From assembly GCA_030646955.1 (NCBI GenBank), contig JAUSKM010000015.1:285-64284 (forward strand): 64,000 nucleotides of DNA, read 5' to 3'. How positions within the stretch are numbered: the stretch's first letter is position 1; every line of letters starts with the position of its first letter. Origin of the DNA: a bacterium (GTDB taxonomy: Bacteria > Patescibacteriota > Patescibacteriia > JACPHY01). This document shows positions 7,925-14,368 of this stretch, piece by piece. The translations under genes were made by a program, and so were the position numbers. The notes beneath the pieces were generated by a model. That model had not been told where the DNA came from, did no database searches, and saw nothing but the letters and a program-made list of their open reading frames with translations.

Positions 7925-9187
7925 CTACGGCTTGTATAATTCATCGATGGCCGGCTCCCACACCGTGCAATGACTTGCACCGCCTATCGCGAACAGTTTT
8001 TTGTCGGGGTAGCGCTTTTTCAGCTCGCGAAACACATCGATTGCATGTTCGTCGCGAACAATATTCATGTCCCGCAAGACATCGCTGGTGACCCTTCGTT
8101 CACCGACCAACTGCGGCTCGGTCATTTCGATAATCCTGGCCCTATCTTCTTTCCTTAACTCCGGATCATCGAACCGTTTCACAAGCTCCGCCAAGGAGAA
8201 GCCCATATGCCTCTGCAGCGAGGCATCGATATTTTCATTCGTGAGTTCGATGCCTAAAGAAACTGCCTCTTCAACGCCGCCCCCCGACAAAGCAACACCA
8301 CTACGTCTGCGTATCTCGTCGGCGGAGGGCCTCACATTGGATTCATGGGGTTTATTTTCGTCATAGGATGCATGGGCCCTGCGTGCGGCATAGGTGACCA
8401 TCCAGTCGGTCACATCTTGTGGTCCGTATTTGTGCTCACCGGTGGTTTCATCTTTCAACTTAAGGACCTCGCGAATCTGCTCGATTGTACGCGTATCCCA
8501 AGTCCGGACCTCTTTCCCTTCCCGCATCGCCAATAAAGCAATGTACGGCTCCTCCCCTTTTTCCGCGATAACCCGCGCGGGATCTTTTTTCAGGATTTCG
8601 CTCAACGACTCCCCCGGGTAGAAGTCCTCAAGCGAAAGTCCGCCTTCGATCAGCACGATGTCCGGATCTTCTTGCATCAACGCATCGACCGTGGGTTGCA
8701 TCGGCTCAACTGTATTTGCGTGCGCAAAACCACGTCCAATGAACTCCGCACCGTTTTCGGAACGTTTCTTGATCTCGTTGATTTCCTTACCGCTTTCGCG
8801 GGCCGCCTTCTCTTCCTCCGGCGTCAAAAGAAGGAGATGCAATTTCTCGATCTCAAGTGCATCCAAGCGCGCGCCACGATTACGCTCCACACGCACTTGA
8901 TCGTCGACCATATGCCCGTGTATTGCCTGCTTGGATTCTTTACTAATAATTCCTAGTGCCGCCTCCAATCCATCCACTTCTCCCTGATAATCCTCTTCTA
9001 GTGTTGCGCGCATTTCAGATTCGTCTTTCGAGGAATCCGCAGCATGAGACAGAAGACGAATATCTTGATCGATTTTCGTGATCCGCTCCTTGCGCACCTG
9101 GGCAATGGTCTCCGGGGTTTTCGCTGCAACTTTTTCCGGAACAGCCCCCATCGAATCCATTTTCGGCAGTTCTTTTCCCGAGGACAT
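7925..9187 (-). CDS. Hypothetical protein, possible TraB/Tiki/ChaN-superfamily domain with an N-terminal coiled-coil extension
   Basis: 420-aa ORF in a visibly lower-GC stretch. Candidate superfamily motifs occur in order: RGFAH (GxxH), IVLIEGG (E), NIVRDEHAI (RD), FAIGGASH (GxxH). Motif-level inference only. Confidence 0.6.
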   Translation of the reverse strand: MSSGKELPKMDSMGAVPEKVAAKTPETIAQVRKERITKIDQDIRLLSHAADSSKDESEMRATLEEDYQGEVDGLEAALGIISKESKQAIHGHMVDDQVRVERNRGARLDALEIEKLHLLLLTPEEEKAARESGKEINEIKKRSENGAEFIGRGFAHANTVEPMQPTVDALMQEDPDIVLIEGGLSLEDFYPGESLSEILKKDPARVIAEKGEEPYIALLAMREGKEVRTWDTRTIEQIREVLKLKDETTGEHKYGPQDVTDWMVTYAARRAHASYDENKPHESNVRPSADEIRRRSGVALSGGGVEEAVSLGIELTNENIDASLQRHMGFSLAELVKRFDDPELRKEDRARIIEMTEPQLVGERRVTSDVLRDMNIVRDEHAIDVFRELKKRYPDKKLFAIGGASHCTVWEPAIDELYKP

Positions 9188-9205
9188 AAAAATACAACAA
9201 CCGCA

Positions 9206-9286
9206 TCAAGTCCGTTTTTCTCTCGTGCACAAACGCAACAGAAACGCCGCGATCTCGGAGCCCGTAAAGCGAAAAAACATCCTCAT
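9206..9286 (-). pseudogene. Duplicated, truncated doxX 5' end
   Basis: ATG at 9286 reads MRMFFRFTGSEIAAFLLRLCTREKRT*, compared with the doxX N-terminus MRMLSRFTGPSAAALLLRLG. Roughly 70 nt (9230-9300) matches 7761-7830 at an estimated 80 percent by eye, including the upstream leader. Confidence 0.55.
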
Positions 9287-9414
9287 ACTCTGACAATCAT
9301 CTTCGTCACCGCGTCCTGAAATACGCGAAACGCCTTCCGCCACTCTTTCTTGTGCGTGTATTGATCGTCATTGCTGACACGTACGCAGTACTGACACCCA
9401 CACCAATGATACCA

Positions 9415-9852
9415 TCAGTGTGCCTTCGGGTACGCGCAGTTTACCATCCACTGCACCCCGAACCGATCCCGAACACTCCCGTAGTAGTCACCCCATGGCT
9501 GGTCTGCAATATCCATCTCCACCGTGCCGCCGTCTGCAAGCGCATGGAAGATGCGATCCGCCTCCTCCTTGCTGTCGGGATGAATGGAAATGTACGCGTT
9601 ATTTCCCTGCACCAACTTCTGCCCAAGCGACGGCAGCGTGTCCGAAGCCATGAGCTTATCGTCGCCAACTGGAAGGCAAATGTGCATCATCCCGTTCTCC
9701 TCCTCTTTGGGAATGTGTACGCCTTCCATCGGCATGTCCTTGAACCGCACCCTGGAGCTGAACTCCCCGCCAAAGATGGAACGGTAAAACGTGAACGCCT
9801 CCTCTGCATTCCCGGCAAAGTTGAGATACGTGTTGAGTTTTATATTCTCCAT
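9415..9852 (-). CDS. VOC/glyoxalase-fold protein (PhnB-like)
   Basis: MENIKLNTYLNFAGNAEEAFTFYRSIFGG...MHICLPVGDDKLMASD...IADQPWGDYYGSVRDRFGVQWMV is the typical PhnB/VOC pattern. Start trimmed from 9981 (which runs through repeats) to the ATG at 9852. Confidence 0.8.
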   Translation of the reverse strand: MENIKLNTYLNFAGNAEEAFTFYRSIFGGEFSSRVRFKDMPMEGVHIPKEEENGMMHICLPVGDDKLMASDTLPSLGQKLVQGNNAYISIHPDSKEEADRIFHALADGGTVEMDIADQPWGDYYGSVRDRFGVQWMVNCAYPKAH

Positions 9853-9862
9853 TTTTCCATCT

Positions 9863-9942
9863 GTCATTTCGAACGCAGCGAGAAATCTCACACGATCCAA
9901 TAACTGCCGACACGCGAGATTGCTTCGCGGACTCGCAATGAC
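9863..9942. repeat. Inverted pair of family-T units (TTTC type + TTGC type)
   Basis: gtcatttcgaacgcagcgagaaatctcacacg (9863-9894) and cacgcgagattgcttcgcggactcgcaatgac (9911-9942). Confidence 0.8.
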
Positions 9943-9977
9943 AGTACGTATGTGATGCCGTGAAATTGCAATCGTTA

Positions 9978-11294
9978 TCATCCTTCGTACGCCCGCTGCA
10001 GCTGCTCCACATCAAACTTCTTCATCGCGAGAAATGCCTTCGTCACACGCGCACGACGTTCTGGATCCTCATCGCGCATCATCGCGTCCATTGCCGTGGG
10101 CACGATCTGCCAGGAAACGCCGTACGTGTCCTTGAGCCATCCGCATTGCTCTGCTTCCGGCACGGCAGAGAGCCGCTCCCAAAAATAATCGATCTCCGCC
10201 TGCGTATCGCACCGTATCAGGAACGAGAATGCCTCATTGAACGTAAACGCATGCTTATGCGCGCTGTCCATCGCTATAAACTGCTGCCCTACCAACGCAA
10301 ACTCTCCGTACATCACCGTCCCCTCCTTATCCGGCGCAGCATTCGCACCGTACCTACTCATATCGCCCACCTTCGCATCGCGAAATACTGACGCATAGAA
10401 CCGCATCGCTTCCTCTGCTTTCCCGCACCGCTCTCCAACGAACAGAAGCGATGGGGTGATGCGCTGGATACTCTTGCGACCGTCCATGCATATGAGCTGC
10501 CACGAGAGGCCATACCGGTCTTGCACCCATCCGTACCGCGTACTGAACGGATATGCACCAAGCTCCATCAGTACTTTCCCGCCATCCGCAAGCTGCTCCC
10601 AGAGCGCGTCCACCTCCGCAGGCGTTGCGCACGCGACCATGAATGAGATTGCCGGAGTAAATTGGAAGTACGGCCCTGCGCTGATGCACATGAACTCCTG
10701 CCCCGAGAGCACAAAGGACACAACATCTACCGCGCCAGAAGGCGTCCCCTGCAACGTAGTTACATACTCCACGCGCGAATCCGGAAAAAGCGACGTGTAA
10801 AATTCCGCCGCCTCTCGCGCCTCCTTGTCGTACCAAAGGTGAGGCACAATTTTTTGCATAGTGGCAACCTCCACCGTGCCGCGCTCGACGTACCGCTTGA
10901 AATTGGTGAGGATCGCCTGCCAACCATCCCGCTGCATCTGCTCCGGATTCAGCGACTCCGGATCAAACGTCTCGGTCACGTATACGTGCTCCAGCATCTG
11001 CGTGAACGTCACGCGCACATGCCGACCGTCATCCATGTCGTACTCGATCAATGCATACTTGCGAACGGCAGCATGCGTTCCCGAAAAATCAAACCTTGCG
11101 CTGCCATCCTTTGCAGCCATCACCGTCGTAAATCGTCCACCCACACGTACATCATTCTCCGCCGACGGCGCCTCCTACTCATCCGACGCAAACGCCCAGC
11201 CGACAATGTGCTCCGACTGCGTAAAACACTCCCACACCCTCGCCATGGGAGCGCGCACATCCACGTCCACTGTGATTGGCTGTTGTTTGTTCAT
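9978..11294 (-). pseudogene. SRPBCC(AHSA1-like) + 2x VOC (PF06983-like) fusion gene interrupted by an in-frame TAG
   Basis: From the ATG at 11294: MNKQQPITVDVDVRAPMARVWECFTQSEHIVGWAFASDE-TAG(11177-11175)[25 protein letters not shown]. The frame then continues through two VOC repeats ([17 protein letters not shown]...; [22 protein letters not shown]...). The same frame is used on both sides of the stop. Confidence 0.7.
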
Positions 11295-11479
11295 GTGATT
11301 CTTCACTGTAGCAGCGCCATGATGACCTTTTCGTGAATTGAATTCATCCGACCATGTCAGCGTACCACAACGCAAAACGCCCCTGCTTTCGCTCATAATA
11401 CTCTTCCCTCGCAGAGCAACGAAAAACCTACCGCCATCAATGCATACGCAGGAACACCACGTGCACTGTACTGCATGTA

Positions 11480-11517
11480 TACAAGGAAAGACCGCCCCAC
11501 GAAGGGCGGCCTTGTAC
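11480..11517 (-). terminator. Rho-independent terminator after the Asp/Cys-rich lipoprotein gene
   Basis: The minus strand reads ggtacaaggccgcccttcgtggggcggtctttccttgta: a GC stem followed by a T-rich tail. Confidence 0.55.
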
Positions 11518-11541
11518 CAACAACGGAGCACCGTACGTCGC

Positions 11542-12378
11542 TCAATCACCTGAGAGAAACTCGGCCCATGCCGCACACTCCTCGAGGTCGTCGGTATCGA
11601 TGAGGCGGTCGCAATCGTTGTCGACGTGATCATTGCACACCTCTTCATTGCACGCGGGATCGCAGGTGAGCAACGCTACAGGAGCATCACACTCCCAAAA
11701 CCCCTCCTGCAACAATCCGTCGTTCTCCCATATGCAGATCACGCCGATCCAATCACCGTCGTCCGTCACCCCGTCGCAGTCGTTGTCGACGCCATCGCAG
11801 ATTTCCATGGGACATGCTGCGGTCGAATCGAACACACAATCGCCATCATCCCAATCCACCATGCCATCGCAGTCGTTGTCGGCACGATCATGACACAACT
11901 CGACATTCTCCTCACAGGACGGACCTCCAGCGATAGGGAGCCCGCATGAGAGCGTTGTGTGTGGCACGCCCTCTGTACCGGGAGCCCCGCACGTACGCAG
12001 GCCTGCATTCACTGCATCCCAGTACTCCATGTAACACGCCTGCTCTTCCCAAGGACCATTGTCCGTGATACCGTCGCAGTCGTTATCGATACTATCGCAG
12101 CGCTCCTCAGAGCACTCGGTCGCGTCATCGCCGGAATCATCATCCGCGCTGACGGCATCATCGTCGGATGTGTCGCCGTCGTCGTTTGCGGTTGCTTGGG
12201 AGTCATCGTCGGTGATGACTCCATCGTCGTCCGCTGCCATCGTATCGTCATCGACGGAAGTTGCGACGCTATCATCGTCTCCAACCGGAAAACTTCCTTC
12301 CGGCATATCGCTCCCGCACGCCTGCACTGCCGTTATGAGCGCCGTGATCATGGAAAGAACCAACCATACGGTACGCAT
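11542..12378 (-). CDS. Asp/Cys-rich lipoprotein with four DNDCDG-type putative metal-binding repeats
   Basis: MRTVWLVLSMITALITAVQACG has a signal peptide plus lipobox. An acidic low-complexity region follows, then CDSIDNDCDGITD, CHDRADNDCDGMVD, CDGVDNDCDGVTD and CNDHVDNDCDRLID. There is a strong SD (aaggaggtgcgg) upstream of the ATG at 12378. Confidence 0.75.
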   Translation of the reverse strand: MRTVWLVLSMITALITAVQACGSDMPEGSFPVGDDDSVATSVDDDTMAADDDGVITDDDSQATANDDGDTSDDDAVSADDDSGDDATECSEERCDSIDNDCDGITDNGPWEEQACYMEYWDAVNAGLRTCGAPGTEGVPHTTLSCGLPIAGGPSCEENVELCHDRADNDCDGMVDWDDGDCVFDSTAACPMEICDGVDNDCDGVTDDGDWIGVICIWENDGLLQEGFWECDAPVALLTCDPACNEEVCNDHVDNDCDRLIDTDDLEECAAWAEFLSGD

Positions 12379-12404
12379 CCGCACCTCCTTCTTTGTTCCC
12401 CGCA

Positions 12405-12433
12405 AATATACATCCAAGCAGCCTCTCCGTCAA
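12405..12433 (-). promoter_or_regulatory. Sigma-70-like promoter for the lipoprotein gene
   Basis: Minus strand: TTGACG (12433-12428), a 17-nt spacer, then TATATT (12410-12405). This is about 27 nt upstream of the start codon. Confidence 0.5.
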
Positions 12434-12591
12434 GTTCCCCAAAATATATTCACCAAAAAGCTAATCGTTCGACGTGTTTCCACGGATGTCAAAAACCCCA
12501 CCGAAGCAGCGAGGCCATTGACATCTCCGCATCGTGAACAATGCTAGAGCCGCGGTACAGGAACATCGATAATACATCCGACTCCCCACAA

Positions 12592-13260
12592 CTAAAACTT
12601 CCTGACCTTCATGATGCAAGCATCGTCCACGCCTCCCTTTGCGCTCGCATACATCGCGTAGAGAAAGGCATCTCGGTCGATTGCATGTTGGCCGCCGAAT
12701 TCCTCACCCCAATCGGGGTCGTTGACGTAGACATTCTCTTGATCGATGCCGGTCACGACATTGAAATGAATGCTGAATCTTGGCGGGAGGTCAGTATTGT
12801 GAAGAAACCAATGTGTGAGAGGAATAAATACGGGCCGCTCTTCGTTTACTTCCACTTCGATATCACTCATGAGCGGAACCCGCGGCGTGATAGTGCCGCC
12901 TGCATCCACAAATTGAAGAAAGTGATCGAGAGCGATCGGATCACATTCTCCTTTCATGAGCGGTTTGAGCGACCAGAGATACCTCTTGAGCTCATCCGTA
13001 TTCTTGAACGATGAAAAGAGCGAAAAAAGGGATGGGTGCATCGTAATAATCTCGACCGAAAAACCTCGCTTAAGCAAGTACGTTCCGACTTGCGGGGTAA
13101 CTGTCCCCCACGAGTACGTTCCGAGTTCCTTTTTCATCTCATCAAAGGAAAACGACACCTTGTAGTACGCAAGCAACATCGCAAGACATGCGGGACCACA
13201 ATCGCTGGATCCTTCAGCTTGTCGAACAAGAGGAACAGATAGTTTCGTCATACTACCCAC
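12592..13260 (-). CDS. Stand-alone C39-like (papain-fold) cysteine peptidase
   Basis: VPLVRQAEGSSDCGPACLAMLLAYY gives the Q...C nucleophile motif, with HFNVVTGID...VYVNDP providing downstream His/Asp. The stretch is lower in GC. The track start is GTG at 13260; the first ATG is at 13251. Confidence 0.75.
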   Translation of the reverse strand: MGSMTKLSVPLVRQAEGSSDCGPACLAMLLAYYKVSFSFDEMKKELGTYSWGTVTPQVGTYLLKRGFSVEIITMHPSLFSLFSSFKNTDELKRYLWSLKPLMKGECDPIALDHFLQFVDAGGTITPRVPLMSDIEVEVNEERPVFIPLTHWFLHNTDLPPRFSIHFNVVTGIDQENVYVNDPDWGEEFGGQHAIDRDAFLYAMYASAKGGVDDACIMKVRKF

Positions 13261-13291
13261 AGTCTACCAGTTCGAATCCCATCACGGGAGC

Positions 13292-13319
13292 AAACAAAAC
13301 CCCAGCATTGCTGCTGAGG
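13292..13319 (-). terminator. Rho-independent terminator after the 225-aa membrane protein gene
   Basis: Minus strand: cctcagca gcaa tgctgggg followed by ttttgttt. Confidence 0.6.
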
Positions 13320-13417
13320 ATTTGTTGGCTCGGGCTCGTGGACCTTGATCGTCTTAACGGGTCAATTGCTCATTGGATTTCGAGAGGGCACGACTGACCA
13401 GAAATAATTAGGAAATC

Positions 13418-14095
13418 TCAAGGCAGATTGGACTCCCCCACTGCGACCAGCTTTCCATCCCGAAGATACACATGCAATGTCCAGTCTCGATGATCTTCCC
13501 AGGGGGCATAGGTTAGCACGGTGTAGCCATCGGACGCACTCGTTTTCACTGGTTCACCAAACGCTCGAAAAACAGTCACCGTATCGATTCCGACAACCTC
13601 CCCATGCGAACGCGGATCGGTAAACTTAATGAGTCGGGCACTCTTTTCATGCTGATTAGCCCGCTCTCGAAGATACTCCTTGGCATGGGAGCCACTCATC
13701 CAATACGCACGCTCCCAAAATGGAACCTGAATATGCTTTGTGACCTGTTCCCCACCTCGTCGAAGCGGATTGTCATCAATCTGTAAACGAAACTCTCGCA
13801 ACCATGGCGTCCAAACGACCATCCAAATAGTGAGCACGAACACAACGAATGCGGACGGGAGATACACAATCGCGACCGTTTTCGGCACCCGCTTCTTCAC
13901 CGTGAAAACCATGACCATGGTGAAGATGGCAACCGCGAGAATAACAGACAGCACAAGCATACCAACCTCAAACCCCACACCTCGACCCTCGAGTGCAGAA
14001 CTCCACCCCGCAAGAAAAGCACACGCGACCATGAAACCCGAGAATGCCGCCAGGAAAACCATGCAAACGCTCAACAAGTTTGGTTTTTTCATCAT
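13418..14095 (-). CDS. Hypothetical membrane protein (3 TM + soluble C-terminal domain)
   Basis: MMKKPNLLSVCMVFLAAFSGFMVACAFLAG..., followed by two more hydrophobic helices and then a domain of about 110 aa. Lower GC. No recognisable motif. Confidence 0.6.
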   Translation of the reverse strand: MMKKPNLLSVCMVFLAAFSGFMVACAFLAGWSSALEGRGVGFEVGMLVLSVILAVAIFTMVMVFTVKKRVPKTVAIVYLPSAFVVFVLTIWMVVWTPWLREFRLQIDDNPLRRGGEQVTKHIQVPFWERAYWMSGSHAKEYLRERANQHEKSARLIKFTDPRSHGEVVGIDTVTVFRAFGEPVKTSASDGYTVLTYAPWEDHRDWTLHVYLRDGKLVAVGESNLP

Positions 14096-14180
14096 AGCTT
14101 CGTGATACCTACCAAGAGGACGAAATGCTCAAGAATCGCAACGCTTCATCTTGACCGTTGTGCTCCCAAGTGTACCAAAA

Positions 14181-14212
14181 GTAATCGGACCACCCAAGGG
14201 TGATCCGATTAC
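14181..14212 (-). terminator. Terminator hairpin immediately 3' of tRNA-Gln
   Basis: gtaatcgga c caccc aa gggtg a tccgattac, followed on the minus strand by TTTTGG. Confidence 0.7.
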
Positions 14213-14214
14213 TT

Positions 14215-14285
14215 CTCGGGGACCTGGATTCGAACCAAGATAAACGGATTCAGAGTCCGTTGTCCTACCATTAGACGATCCCCGA
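14215..14285 (-). tRNA. tRNA-Gln (anticodon CUG)
   Basis: Minus strand: TCGGGGA TC GTCT AATGGTA GGAC A ACGGA CTCTGAA TCCGT TTAT CTTGG TTCGAAT CCAGG TCCCCGA G. The cloverleaf was folded by hand. The acceptor pairs 7/7. Confidence 0.9.
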
Positions 14286-14368
14286 CTACGCAGCAGCATA
14301 CACCACATCTTCAAGCAAAACCGTACCACGACCAGTTTCTTCTGACAAGCAACCCCATCAGACGCGCA

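Noticed and set aside
11175-11177. Possibility that TAG is recoded (readthrough or an alternative genetic code)
   Set aside because: TAG terminates well-defined genes in the same window (dnaX at 14369, the gene ending at 22308), and TGA and TAA are also used as stops. A point mutation or sequencing variant is the simpler explanation.
13265-13292. tRNA-like fragment (ccagttcgaatcccatcacgggagca) considered as a possible att-site remnant of the islet
   Set aside because: It contains a TTCGAATCC T-loop-like string, but no T-stem or acceptor pairing could be drawn. It is also in the opposite orientation to tRNA-Gln, so it is not a direct repeat of its 3' end.
13188-13397. 69-aa plus-strand ORF considered as a possible double-glycine bacteriocin precursor for the C39-like peptidase
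   Set aside because: It has no GG/GA leader motif, overlaps the peptidase start and a minus-strand terminator, and has an implausible composition.
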